A DNA stretch of 64,000 bases from Eledone cirrhosa (lineage: Eukaryota), in NCBI GenBank assembly GCA_964016885.1, contig OZ024743.1, forward strand, positions 147,498,001 to 147,562,000. Reading direction: 5' to 3'. Both the position numbers and the translations under genes were made by a program. Below, piece by piece: positions 28,576 to 42,260 of the stretch. Below the pieces are notes generated by a model. The model made no database searches and was not told where the DNA came from. It saw only the letters and a program-made list of their open reading frames with translations. Within the stretch, counting starts at the first letter, position 1; every line of letters starts with the position of its first letter.

Positions 28576-30046
28576 CACTAATAATAAAAAGGACAATGTG
28601 TTAGGTCTTCTTTACGTTTATTGAATAAGTGTTTCTATTTTTGGCACAATGCCAGCAATTACCCAATGCATTACTGGTACTTTATTCTATGGACCCCGGA
28701 AGGATGAAAGGCTCAAGATTCAATATGTATTGGAATGACCCTACTCTGGAATCAAAAGCTCGTCGGAACTCTGTTATTTTAATGACAAAATGAACCCCTT
28801 AGGGCTTTGAAACACACGCACACACACACACACATATATATATATATACGGTTGTACTTCCGTTCACGAACTAAATTTATTCCTGAAAGCAGTTCGTCAG
28901 CCGAAATTTTCGTATAGCGAAACCATTTTTTTTCACACGAAATGTTGAGAGCGAAATACATTGAGAGACAGACCGTGTGAGGATATATATCAGATAATAC
29001 AGATATATATCACTATTGTTACTAACTACACAACCGTTGCTGCGAGTTTGCGTGTTCGTTACTCGAGATACCGTTTTTCACCCGAGACGTTTGATGTGAT
29101 GAGAGATGACTGTATATACATATATGTGACCTAATCTGAACAAAAAATATTAAAAACATGAGCATTTACAATTTACACGCTGGGTTCCTACAATTATGCA
29201 TAAAAAGGCAGAATTAATGTTCGTATGTATAGATATATGAAATCTATCTTCAGATACTAATGAAATATGAAGTGTCATCAATAATTCCATTAATTTCCTT
29301 TTTTATATAATTTTCAATAATATTTTGTTGTGCGCGTGTGCTTATCTCTGTCTATTTACACATCTGTCTGACTTCTTTGTCTGTTTGTCTATGTGGCTTT
29401 CGTATTAAACTATACTACATTGCAGCACAGCAACTCACACTACACCACATAACATTATCACATATCACATACATACACATCATCATGTGCGAAATTCTGC
29501 ATCTCACCTCTTTAATCAGCTAGACTTAGCTTCCATCAAAATATAATTTCAGATGGTCTTTTCTTAACACAAAATTTGATATTTATGAGAAAACTGAAAA
29601 CTAATGTTTCATCAATTTGCAACACAATATGAAAACCGAAAATACTTCGGGGAATGTAGAAACGCATTTAGTTCTCTCTCTGGATATCTAAATTGGCTAA
29701 CACTCATGATGGAAATGAGAAAATCTACTTATCTTTAAGTATAAATGCAATTGACCAGGCAATCATTTCTTGACAATACTTTTGTAGTTACCTTTGAAGT
29801 ACCTGCTAAATACCTCAGCTTCACTGTTTTTCGCAAAATTACACTCGAGATGTAATAATAATTATTATTTTCTTCACTGATTTTTTTTTCCGTTTTCAGC
29901 TAAACCTTCAGTCTAATTTCCCTTAAATATATGTACACATACATACATATATGTATATGAATATATATATACATATACATATATATATATATGTATAAAA
30001 ATATATTCTCTTTCTCTCTCTCTCTATCTATCTCTCTCTGTATATA

Positions 30047-30121
<75 letters not shown>

Positions 30122-30620
30122 GAACGTGTGTATGTGTGTGTTTCTGTGTGTATATGTAGACATATATGTAAGTGTGTATAAGAGTATACCTCTAAGTATT
30201 TTTTTTTTTACTTCGGAATAATAAAAATGCAAAAGCATTAACAGAATGAAATGATAATATATATATAAATGCCTACACCGGGTTGCCTGTTTTAGACGCA
30301 GTAACAGAGCTAAATATTTAAGAGATAAGTAAATGAATACAGCAATACAAAAAAAGACGAATCGATATACAATGAAATACTATTGCTTTGGTTCCAGACG
30401 AGTAGATGGTAGTAGATTGGTGGCGTAGGAAGTAGTAGAAGAGGTATTCTGCTTAATAGATTATGATGATGATGATGATGATCATGATAATCACGCTAAT
30501 AATAATATTACTTTCTTGCATGACATAGAGTGTATGGAGAGATATTTGTCAGACGAATATATACAGTCTGAGTGCATTTTTAAATGGTGGATTCGCTGTT
30601 AATCGGAGTAATTATAATAT

Positions 30621-30711
<91 letters not shown>

Positions 30712-30877
30712 ATATATATCTATATATGTGTGTATGTGTATGTTTTGAGTATGGGTGTGTCTGTATGTGTCTATATGTACATTTAATTATCTCTCACTCT
30801 ATATATAGTCATATACATAAAAACACGCCTACATACCGCACACACACACACGCATATTTATATATATATATATATAT

Positions 30878-30928
<51 letters not shown>

Positions 30929-31364
30929 TAAGAAATGAGAGAGAGATGCACACAATACAATATATAACATTCAATATCAAATATATACATATTTCTTTCC
31001 TTGTGCTCACTGTTACAATTGCATACAATGTAATTGGAACCAGACTGCTATATAACATTACATATTCCATATCATTCATGTAACACTTTTACTTTTTATT
31101 CTCTTATATAATACATGCCATATTTTTTAAGTAAGACAATTCAAAGGACATTTTTTCTATCTATGGCAGTCGTGTATATAATAATAACATTTTATTTGAT
31201 TATAATAAATAATATAACGTACATGTATAAAATACATCACTTCCTTATAGCATAATTCCCTTAAGTAGGTAGTTGAGGAACAGTTTCATCCTTTCTTTAT
31301 CTACTGCCATTATATAACTTGCTTTCGTTCTCTTTTTATTTCTATCTTCCATTATCTTTTTCCT

Positions 31365-31502
31365 AGAATTACGGCCCTTGCCATTCTGAGTTCAAATCCC
31401 GCCAAGGTTAACTTTGCCTTTCATCCTTACGGGGTCGATAAAATAAAGTACAAGTAATGTACTGGGTAATTGCTGGCCTTGTGCCAATAGTAGAAACAAT
31501 TA
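31365..31502 (+). mobile_element. 5'-truncated tRNA-derived SINE
   Basis: Family match; ATTATCTTTTT(T)CCTA duplicated on both sides. Confidence 0.9.
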
Positions 31503-31522
31503 TCTTTTTCCTATATTTTCTA

Positions 31523-31557
<35 letters not shown>

Positions 31558-31558
31558 A

Positions 31559-31604
<46 letters not shown>

Positions 31605-31821
31605 CCTATCTCACCCCACTCTATCCGTATATATATATATATGAAATTAGGGCCCAGAACCCAACGAAACTTGAGTACCTATACTTATCTATGTCACTGT
31701 AGTAATTATTCATACTAAACTCGTCCTATGGACTGAGTGCTCTTACTCTTGGATATTTCCACTTAACTTTTACTTCAGTGTATATATATATAGTTATGTA
31801 ATAAACAACATAAGGCAAATA

Positions 31822-31883
31822 TTTTATTTACCAGTGGTTTCTTAAAAGCAAAAAAAAATTTGCTTTCAATCATCAGAATGAAA
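31822..31883 (-). ncRNA. Type I hammerhead ribozyme
   Basis: Mirror of 31970-32031. Confidence 0.88.
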
Positions 31884-31969
31884 AAATCCTGGTTTATTTA
31901 TTGACGTTGGATTTAAAAAACCTTTTTTAAGGTTTTTAAAATCCAACATCAATAAATAAACCAGGATTT

Positions 31970-32031
31970 TTTCATTCTGATGATTGAAAGCACATTTTTT
32001 TTTGCTTTTAAGAAACCACTGGTAAATGAAA
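31970..32031 (+). ncRNA. Type I hammerhead ribozyme
   Basis: TTTCATT-CTGATGA-TTGAAAGCA..TGCTTTTAA-GAAA-CCAcTGG-TA^AATGAAA; all three stems pair. Confidence 0.93.
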
Positions 32032-32124
32032 TAATTGCCTTATGTTGTTTATTACATAACTATTAATCTCTGTTACCTACATAGAGCACTCTTTTTTCCT
32101 GGACTTTTCCGACCGACTTACTTC

Positions 32125-32256
<132 letters not shown>

Positions 32257-33081
32257 CGTGAGAGAGAAGCGTCAAAATCACCGATACTTTTCTAATTGGG
32301 AACTAAATTTTAATATCATCAATGGCTATACTTCATCATAAACGTAGCGATACCATTCTTCCATTAGGATAGTATTATTTTTTGTTCTTGAAGAAGGAAA
32401 AGCTGCATTTGGACACGATGAATTGATGCCAGTACTTCGGTGATACATTATTTTACGGAATGATGGAAAAATGAGAAGCAATGTGAAATCGGCGGGATTT
32501 GGGCTAAGAGAACAAGGAGCTGGAACAAATACCATAAATGGACATAGCTGTCTCTCTATGTAACTGTCTATGTATCTATTTATTTATATACATATCTACC
32601 TCTGTATCCATCAATCTACCATCCTATCCGGAACCTGTCTGTTTGTCGAACGGGGTGTAAATCTATTGATAACTATGTATATCTACCAACGTATCTATTT
32701 GGAACACGTACAACAATAAAAACAAGAAAGCGCAAATCCCAATAGCAGTCCGAAAATAGATACATAGGTAAACAGACAGGCAGATAGTTAGACAGATAGG
32801 TAGAATAACTTCAACGTAAATTAGTGCCATCTTGTTTGATAACATTAAAGAAAAGTATCGAAATGAAATGCGGCGATGGCCGTAGAAATAAGATGTTGAT
32901 GGTCAGGGGTAGTGTATATATATATATATGCAAAAGTTCTATTTAAATTGTTGGGATACAACAAGCAAATATTTTTATAACTGATATAAAGCACTCAACA
33001 AGTATTTGGAGTAAACATACTGAAATATGTATAATGAAATAAATATGGTTTTATAAATATAGTTTCCATTTATATATATAT

Positions 33082-33110
<29 letters not shown>

Positions 33111-33112
<2 letters not shown>

Positions 33113-33715
33113 CTACGATTTGTCATATCCACAAAGTACGAGCGAAACTATCGATAGTCGGGACAAGAAGAACTTTGGTAAAATTTATCTACATCTTTTT
33201 TTCAAACTTACATTTTAGACTTAGCTCCGTTTAATTCATTATTTGTCCAGTTAATTCCTACGAACTAAGAGGAAAGACTAGGTAAATTTTATCTGAATGT
33301 TCCTCACAGAGGAAAGTCTGTGACATTTATCTGTTATTTCTTCAAAGTTACATTTTAAACTTAGCTCCGTTTATATGATTATTTAGTCAGACCAAATATA
33401 ACCAATTCCTTTCCTCCTTAGTCCGTAGAAATCAACTAGATAAATAATCATATAAACGGAGCTAAGTTTAAAATGTGACTTTGAAGAAATAACAGATAAA
33501 TGTCACAGACTTTCCTCTGTGAGGAACATTCAGATAAAATTTACCTAGTCTTTCCTCTTAGTTCGTAGGAATTAACTGGACAAATAATGAATTAAACGGA
33601 GCTAAGTCTAAAATGTGAGTTTGAAAAAAAGATGTAGATAAATTTTACCAAAGTTTTTCTTGTCCCGACTATCAATAGTTTCGCTCGTACTTTGTGGATA
33701 TGACTAATCGTAGTA
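33111..33715. repeat. ~270 bp-arm inverted repeat with internal ~140 bp direct repeat
   Basis: TACTACGATT...GATTATTT pairs with AAATAATC...AATCGTAGTA; ACATTTTA(G/A)ACTTAGCTCCGTTTA occurs twice per arm. Confidence 0.95.
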
Positions 33716-33746
33716 TAATCCATGAGGTTTCGAGCGTTTCAAGAGA
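33663..33746 (-). ncRNA. Variant hammerhead-like motif (core UUGAAAC)
   Basis: Minus strand: TCTC-TTGAAAC-GCTCG[long loop]CGAGC-GAAA-CTATtgATAG-TC^GGGA. Confidence 0.55.
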
Positions 33747-33879
33747 GTCCCTCAGTTAGGACCAAAGTTTCTAAAGTCATCGCCGCCACTAATGAATTCA
33801 AAAGGGGTGAAAATCATATCTATATATATTCACACATACATACATCTGTGTGTGTGTGTGTGTGTTAAACAATAAATTA

Positions 33880-34330
33880 GTAATAATGAATAAGGATTTC
33901 GATTTGAATTTCGGATGTAACGCTCTCTTCTTTCAAATATCGCTGTTATTTAGGTCGCCTTTTATATTCGATAAAGAAAATATCAACGAAGAAGGGGTTT
34001 AGTTCACTCTCTTCCTTACTGTAACGTACTTGATGTCCCACAGAGTCCTTGTTATGTCTCAACTGCATGGACACCTAAAACGATTAATGAGTCAATTATA
34101 CCTGCTGCCAAGCCTTCATTGGTGGTAAGCAATACTTTTCATGTAGAACTAGTGTTTACATCAGACAATAAAAAATCTCTCTAAAAAGGACCACCACAAC
34201 AATTATAGAACCAGGCGAAATTGAACAGACGCTACTTTGTTATGCACAATTTTAAACCACAGACCCTCCATCTCAACTCTACTTTTGAAAAGCAGAAGAA
34301 CTGCGAAACCGGTAAAGGAACCAAATAAAT
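33880..34330 (+). mobile_element. Decayed PLE 3' end
   Basis: Weak translation fragments (SFKYR, IIPAAKP..GGK) upstream of an HHR motif. Confidence 0.4.
34282..34317 (+). ncRNA. Minimal hammerhead with compensated U3-A8 core
   Basis: CTT-TTGAAAA-GCAG-aagaa-CTGC-GAAA-CCGG-TA^AAG. Confidence 0.68.
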
Positions 34331-34386
34331 ATATATATAAAAAAAAAAATAAGACTCCAGTTGCATTTTCGATTTCATCCCTTTTT

Positions 34387-34454
<68 letters not shown>

Positions 34455-34455
34455 A

Positions 34456-34595
34456 GAACGAAGGAAATGTGGTAAGGAACCAGGTGGACCATAACGCACC
34501 AAAGTACTCAATACTTAGGGTAGTAGAGTGGGTAATAGGAACAAGTAAGACCCCGACGGCTGAGCTCAAGCCGTTTCGACGGCTAATTCTGGACT
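34456..34595 (-). mobile_element. Family H element (HHR 3' half), (TA)n-flanked
   Basis: Reverse complement of ~51160-51289. Confidence 0.85.
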
Positions 34596-34640
34596 ATATA
34601 TGTATACATGTATATCTGTATATATGTGTACTTGTGTGTG

Positions 34641-34731
<91 letters not shown>

Positions 34732-34800
34732 ATATAGTTATATGTATATATATACATATATATGTGTATGAATGAGTGTCTGTGTGCGTGTGAGTATGTA

Positions 34801-34871
<71 letters not shown>

Positions 34872-35006
34872 GTGTGAATGTGTGTGCATGTGTGTGAGTG
34901 TGCATACATACAAATAGGAATAAGTATGGATAAACAAAATTACTATACTTATGGACAGGTATATGCTTATACATAGATATAGGTAAGAGATAGAGATAGA
35001 TAGATA

Positions 35007-35063
<57 letters not shown>

Positions 35064-36188
35064 GACAGAGAGAAACAGAGAGAGACAGAGAGAGGGGGTG
35101 CAGTGTTTGTAAATATATGCATATACTTACATTGGCTCAAGAGATTTAATGTAGATAGTGGTTTCCCATTTTTTGCCAAAGAATCATTACAAAGAATATC
35201 TGTATTTCCCCTGACACTCAACCAAAAGAGGGTTGTTTCGCGTGATTAGAGTTGGATAATTAACAACCCTAATGGAATAGCCACTAGATAGAATGAACAT
35301 CTTTTAATATCTTTCTCCTCTTTAGTGATAATTTCGTCATTTTTTGTTGTTGTTGATATTTTTACATTCTTTCACAATCTATTTCTTTTTGCTTCTCTCA
35401 ATAATAACAATAAATAAATAAATTAAAATAAAATATATAAGAAAGAATATTCTGTGATCTTTAGAGAACCAAAAATGTGAAGAATTCCTCCTGATTTATT
35501 TTCCATTCTTTCTTCCTCATTCACATAATATTGACATCACTATTTTGAAACAATTCCATTTTATTAACTCCGATTCCACTGAAGACCATATTGGGACATG
35601 TAACTATTTTTGTTATTACTGTTGTTGTCGTTGTTGTTATTGTTGTTACTGTATTAGAAAGCTATCTTTTGGCTAAATAATATAATAGTTTATCCTGAGT
35701 TAACTTAGATCTAATTGTCTTTTCATTTTGTTAATTTTATATATTTATTTGCTCATTTTCCGCATTTTTCAATTTATAACTTATATTGTTATGCTATGTT
35801 ATTCATTGACTTCGCTTTTATGTTTGCTTTAAATTTTCTCTCGCGATTTTAAACAGATTAAATTCTACTTCATAGAAACATTTATTTGATCAGTGGTGGT
35901 GAGTGGCTGGGGCCCAATGAAAACATATTGTTGATTGTAACCAATGGGATTTTGATTGATTAATTAGGCATCCATGTTGATGCAATAATTAGACGTTAAC
36001 TGTACATTTATTCAAGTATGTTGCATAAGAAAATAGAGAGTGACACTCACACACACAATCACACACACACCTACACGTGTATAACAAAAACAGAAATCTA
36101 CCATTAGTATTTGAGGCATTTAGTGAGTGCATGCCTAATGTTTTAAATATACAATCCTATAGAACAAGTATATATATATATATATATA

Positions 36189-36380
36189 TGAAAAGATTCA
36201 GGACCTCGAGGGTTCAGCTTCAGCCGTTTAAACAGATAGATTAGAACTGTTCGGATCTAGTTGTAGAAACAGACGGAGGTCAGCCGTCGGGGTAATGAAT
36301 CTTTTCATATTACCCACTATACTACCGCAAGTATCGAGTACCCTGGTGGGTTATGGTTCACCTGGTATTTTACCATACGG
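36189..36380 (+). mobile_element. Family H element, diverged
   Basis: GAAAAGATTC...GAATCTTTTC head followed by TTACCCACT body. Confidence 0.75.
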
Positions 36381-36409
36381 TTTCATATCTATATATGATT
36401 TCATCATGT

Positions 36410-36745
36410 TCAGGATTTTCGTGTTAAGCATGGGGTTGAGCTGCCAACTAACTGATCATCATGTAGTTATCTGCAATCTAAGACTACCTAAAGACAAGAA
36501 AACCCATAAAACTGGCAGGTACAACTTGACCTACAGTATGCATTGGGAAACGCTGGATGAAAAGGAGGTCAGGACCAACTATCCGAATACTATTTCATTC
36601 AAATTCAGAGAATATCCTGAGAAAACTGAGGACTTTGAAACGGAGTGGAGACTATTCAGCTTGGCAGATTCTACTTCAGGTGTTAAATGCTGCAGACGAA
36701 TGCGGCTTGGTTCAAACAAGAGGTTAAAGATGCCATCCAAGCAAA
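36410..36745 (+). mobile_element. RTE-like LINE fragment (end of AP endonuclease)
   Basis: LTDHHVVICNLRL and ETEWRLF in ORF 36295. Confidence 0.6.
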
Positions 36746-36789
36746 AACACACACACAAACATACACATTCACGTCCCCCCCCCCACACA

Positions 36790-36832
<43 letters not shown>

Positions 36833-37179
36833 CTCATTGTCTCCTCTGGAAGAAATGGGCTGTCTTCAAACCCGAGAGTGTTGGGCTCAGCCATGTTTCA
36901 ATGCCTAATCAGGAGTGTAACAGCTTAGGACACATATCTAAAACGATGTCAATAGCCGAGTCACAAAATGCTATTCAAGTATAATTCGGGTTTATTGAAT
37001 CCTAAGCAAAATGAAACAGAATATAAGGCTAATTTTATATAACAGAATATAAGGTTAATTGAACTTCATAACTGAGATATTAAAGGCTAGTGGATGAACC
37101 TTCTTTTGCTCAGATAGAATGGTTAGAGATTACAGATGCGAGTTGTAACTATAAATCAACTTTTCACTCTATTTCTACA

Positions 37180-38212
37180 CTAGCCGAATTAACCGCGCCC
37201 TGCTGCGTTTCACACAATTTATTTGTAAGAAAATGATGATTGATTTTAAATCAGTGATATAATTTATAGGGAAAAACTCTGCATTTCAATATTACTCAAT
37301 GTAAAATGTAATGCATGAAATATTGGAAAACATTATTTTTTGTAATATATCAAATCAAAATTACATTATTAAATCTTGTTCTTATTTTGTTTCTTCTAAA
37401 TAATTTTTTTCAAAATATCAATTCAAAACTTTTCTGAATAGGCATCATAACTTGTCATTTACCTATGGTTTAAATTTCATATAAATCGAAGGGAAAACAT
37501 TTTCAGTGGGGGGTTTGTGCCCCAGGGGAATCCTAAAAGGGGGTTTAACCCCCATTAGGGTGTCTTAAATTTGCTGAAATTTTGTGAAAAATTGGCTAAA
37601 ATATAGAGATGTTTTGAAGTTCCAGTCCTTGAAACAGCCACATAAGTCAGATCTATACCAATAGTTTTGAAAGTTTGACCTTGACTCTTATTGATGTCGA
37701 TGGTGGCAAATCATGACCTCACTGGGAACTGCAGCCTCTTAAATCTAAAAGGCAACTCGCTAACTCGCTATAACTTGGTATAAGTGGAATCCTCGGAGTG
37801 AGAAGAGCTTGAACTTTGTAACCCCCGAATATAATGGTTGCTTCAATCAAGTTCTCATGAAATGTTGTTACAACAGATCTTGTTCCATTTATTGGCCAAC
37901 ATTTTCACTATAGAAGATTTAACACCCATTAGGGTGCCTTAATATTATTCAAATTTGATGACATTTTGTGAATAGGCATCATATCTTGTCATCTATCTAT
38001 GGTTTAAATTTCATATAAATCGAAGGGAGAAATATTTCAGCGGGGGTTTGTGCCCCCGGGGAACCCTGTGATTAAAATGAAATATACTTATCCAAGTACC
38101 CTGGGCAATTTAGTTTCAGAATATATATGATTATGGGGGTATATCTCCAAAACCATAGGAGGAGTTCGGGAACAAACAAACAAACAGACAGGAACTACAA
38201 CTTTATTATAGA
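37180..38212 (-). mobile_element. Non-autonomous Helitron
   Basis: On the minus strand it begins TC(TATAATAAAG) and ends CTAG after a GC-rich tract; inserted between A and T with no TSD; internal subrepeats; second copy at 51311. Confidence 0.88.
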
Positions 38213-38314
38213 TTTGTTATTTCTTATTGAATTTAGTGAAATAGTTCGTTCACATAAATTTTCTATTGAATATAACAGTAACACTTTTACGATTTTAATA
38301 GACTAGTCAATTAA

Positions 38315-38494
38315 TAATTGTTTCTACATTTGGCACAAGGCCAGTAATTAAATCAGTGCATTACTGGTACTTCATTTTATCGACCATGTAAGGATGAGAG
38401 GCAAAGTTAACCTCGGCGGGATTTGAACTCAGACCGTAAAGGGCCGTAACTCTGTGCTAAAAAGCATGGCGTCCGACCCTCTACCGATACTGCA
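38315..38494 (-). mobile_element. tRNA-derived SINE
   Basis: Family match. Confidence 0.9.
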
Positions 38495-38529
38495 ATGAAC
38501 TGCCCTCAGTTAATAATGTAGTTGGCAAT

Positions 38530-40130
38530 TTGTCAGTTCCCCGTTTTTTAATCTCGATTTTAACATTTAAGTCTGTTGCATTTCATTTGCTTACCGTGGA
38601 AGATTGCTTACATCAAACGAATCCACGAAGACGTCTTCAACACGAAGTTGATTTTCAAGTTTGGTTGAATAAAGAATAATAAAAAATACTAATGAGTTGC
38701 ATATATCAGACAGACGATGCAACATTGAATGTTTTGCATTTTTACGTACGTAAATTTTGTTTGCTATTACAAACCTACTTAGATTTTCAAAAGACGCGAT
38801 ATGACCCTTAGCTATATAGACACCCAGACTTTTAGTTTGTTCATAATTGTAGTCAACGTAATTGAAAGTTTTAAGTTTGGTGTATTAGATAACCAACCGT
38901 GTCCAATTAAGTAAGCTGCAGAAGGTTATACAGGTTTTTTTTCATGCAACTTTGATCAGTTAGTTTGGCTGATAGTTCAAATGATATTCAAATGGAAATA
39001 ACCCAATTTCTACATGTAATTCGAAAGACTGCACCAACAATGTTCCGTATTATAGCTGGCAAATTTCAAGATTCCGTAATAAAGTTGCATGCAGACACCG
39101 TTATTTCTACAAAATATATTGAGGATTAATGCATTTAGTGGTCGTGATTTAATAAAAGTGACCAGCTTTACAGTATCGATTAATAACATTTCAAACCTTG
39201 AGGCATATCTTTTACTGCTAGAACCTTATGTTTTAAACAGCGGATAATTTCAGCATTCAGATTTGTTATGTTTTATTCTCACACCAGAATCAGAATTTTC
39301 CCGGCTACATCTGTGGCTCTATATAATTAAGATAAACGCTTTCACAAAATTTCATGTTTTGCTATATATTACATATCTCTTATCTGTAGCATTTTTTGCC
39401 AAAGGCTGATAGATTCATGTCTTCTTTAATGCTACTTTTTTAAATCATGCATAAAATTACAACAAAAACTGCTAAACCAACAACTTCCATTGATTAATCC
39501 ATTTAAAGAGAGAATGTTGACCTTATTTTAACCAGGTCTTCATCTTCTTCTTCTTCTTCTTCTTCTTCTTCTTCTTCTTCTTCTTCTTCTTCTTCTTCTT
39601 CCCGGGTGATTCGTGGGAACAGAGTCTCCAGACAAGCTTTCCATCGGCTTCTATCCGAAGCAACCATCTTTAATTGATTCAGCTGGATTCCCGAGCATGA
39701 CCAACTGTCTTACTCGTAACTTTCCCTACCATGTAGATAAATATAAATCCTGGGCTATACGCTTCACCTGCTTTGGCTGGTCAATAATCAATGCTATATC
39801 AAATAAAATGAATACCTTTTTTTTTTTTTTTTTTTTTTAAAATAAATTACAAATCTCTTTTCTTTGATTAAATTCCAAATCAGTTTTGTTTAAAATATTT
39901 GTTGGTTGGATTTTATAATTTGAATGTTTCTAAATAGATTTAAGCTGCTGTTAGGTAAATCCTTTCCAATTTCACCACACAGTCCACCGAGTTCAGTGTT
40001 GCCATCAGTACATGCAAATCCACAAACAATATTATTTTCATCTTATTTTCTGTTTTCATTTTTAATTTGTTTACCTTTTTGTTTTGATGTTGAATTTAAA
40101 GATAAACATGTTGACTTCTGAAAGTGAGTA
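38530..40130 (-). mobile_element. Decayed hAT (Buster/Charlie-like) transposase, interrupted by a LINE tail
   Basis: Minus translation fragments RK*DENNIVCGFA (N-terminal), HKVLAVK.DMPQGL and DTVKLVTFIKSRPLNA. Confidence 0.7.
39541..39790 (-). mobile_element. RTE-type LINE 3' end with (GAA)n tail
   Basis: Minus translation ...DRSRWKACLETL followed directly by the (GAA)n tract. Confidence 0.65.
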
Positions 40131-40775
40131 ACACCCCTTTCGTTCACATTGGTTGGGCCGTGCCTATTAGCACGTAATTTAATGATCTTTAATAATGTAT
40201 TCATTGTGGTGGTAAACAAAGTCTAATTTATTAATTATAGAAATTTATAATTACTGAGATATTTATCTTCACTATACTTATATTTTAAAACTCACTAAAC
40301 TATTTAATACTAATACTATGCAAAGGAAAAAGAAAGAAGCGATTTCTTGCGGCTACATATTTTACTTTACAAGCATTGTTTCCTTAACTGAAAGCTATTC
40401 AACGTTATCGCTTAATATTAGCTTGATTGCCATATTTCAGCAGTTTAGTCGTATATATCGGTAATCAATATTCTTATGTCAAACTTAACTACATATTGTT
40501 CAAGCAAAGGTTAATGAGAAGATCCAATAGAAATGTACGTCAAGAAACGCGCTTGTATCCCCAGAATCAATACTGCATGGCCATATTAATTTCATTCATC
40601 TGCATGTAGGGATTTATCTGCATATAAATGTATGTAAGAGTTACAAATAAGTGTCTGGTTGATACATATAAAACACTGGACATTGTGGTAGTAGGAGTAA
40701 GGGAAAAGAAAGTGAGAAAGGCTGGACGAGAGGGAGACAGTTGTTGAGTGTAAACAGACATGTCTGGTGTGTGTC

Positions 40776-40837
<62 letters not shown>

Positions 40838-41139
40838 AAGTATAACATATATGTATATTTATCTGTATATATCTTTGTCTTTATATATGTATGTGTATAT
40901 ATCTCTGTCTTTATATATGTATGTATATATACATAAATATACATAAACCACTGGGAATGAAGCACTCCTAGCCTTTGTCACAGCATTCTTCTAGGAGAAG
41001 GCAACTCAGGAAACTGGGATAACTCCGATATAAAACATATTTACATATCATATATACATAAAGTATAACATATATATGTATATATATCTGTATATATCTC
41101 TGTCTTTATATATGTATGTGTCTTGTGTGCGTAAGTGGG

Positions 41140-41324
41140 TGTGGATTGGCAGCATCGGTAGAGGGTCGGACGCCATGCTTTCCAGCATAGTTACGTCTCT
41201 TTACGATCTGAGTTCAAATCCCGCCGAGGTTGACTTTGCCTTTCATCCTTACGGGGTCGATAAAATAAAGTACCAGTAATGAACTGGGTAATTGCTGGCC
41301 TTGTGCCTAAAGTAGAAGCAATTA
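41140..41324 (+). mobile_element. tRNA-derived SINE
   Basis: Family match. Confidence 0.92.
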
Positions 41325-41566
41325 TTTTAACATGATATTTTACTTTCTTCTTCACTTGTTTCCTTTCTTTTTCTTTATAGTTTCTTTTTTCTTTCTTTAC
41401 ATACTTACTTTTTGCCAGTCTTATGAGACTATCGATGCTATGAAAAGCACAATGCGTTCTCTTATTCGTCATATACAATTCTATGTGCACCTGTTATAGT
41501 TTAATAGCTCTAAATGATTCTCTTGTCTTCTCTTTTACTCCAAGAAGAGCGATTTTGGCTTGTGTC

Positions 41567-41632
41567 AGACGCTGTGACCCCGGATAAATCGGCAGTACCG
41601 TCAGTCGGGGTCGAAACTGCAATAGTCCTTCT
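41567..41632 (+). ncRNA. Degenerate hammerhead-like motif
   Basis: AGACG-CTGT-GACCCCG[..]CGGGGTC-GAAA-CTGcaaTAG-TC^CTTCT; core carries a deletion. Confidence 0.5.
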
Positions 41633-41949
41633 CGACGGCTGAAGATCTTGGTGTTCTGTGTCTTTCGCTTGTCTTTTTAATTTCTTATTTTCGTTAGTTG
41701 GCTTCTCTTTGTCAATTTTGCTACTTTTATTACACACACACTATATTATATTGTTTATATATATAAATATATGTATGTGTGTATGTATGTGTGTGTGTAT
41801 GAGTGCGTGCGTGTGTGTGTGTGAGTGTGTGTGTGTGTTGTTTTAAAATTATTTGTGCTATTTATTTTTAATTCGTCGGATATAATGGCTCAGATCTTTG
41901 AAGCAGTTTTGTTTTCTGCTGAAATTCAAACTGGGCGTCTTCTACTCTC

Positions 41950-42260
41950 TCCTCAGTTTACGTGAGCCTTCAAGTACCACCTCCGCTGTTCATATGCACT
42001 GGTCGGACACATACAGCCGAGCTCCTCCGTAAAGTCGGAGCCCGTCTGACAAAGTAGCCACGCGAGGTGAGGGTGGCTGTTGCAGTGCTTGTCGTTGGCC
42101 ACTGTCTGCGGAAACGCCTTTGCAGTTTTGTCTGCGGGGTGCAGCCGAAACACCTCCATGAGTTAGGCACAGAGTCCATCACTCTCTCCCATACTCCTCT
42201 CTTTCTCCCGTTGCCTAATAGTCCCTGAACTTTCTTTCCTTCTCTTCATATTTACGGCAT
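41950..42260 (+). mobile_element. CRE-type non-LTR retrotransposon 3' fragment
   Basis: WLLQCLSLATVCGNAFAVLSAG, homologous to the 49578 ORF; pyrimidine-rich tail. Confidence 0.7.

Larger units (their letters stand above)
31791..32062. repeat. ~135 bp-arm palindrome of a PLE 3' end with a complete HHR in each arm
   Basis: Centre AAAACCTT-tttt-AAGGTTTT at ~31926; arms have only a few mismatches. Confidence 0.95.

Noticed and set aside
36295-36984. 229-aa ORF as a host gene
   Set aside because: It is a chance fusion of a family H element, an RTE-like endonuclease fragment and a (CT)n tract.
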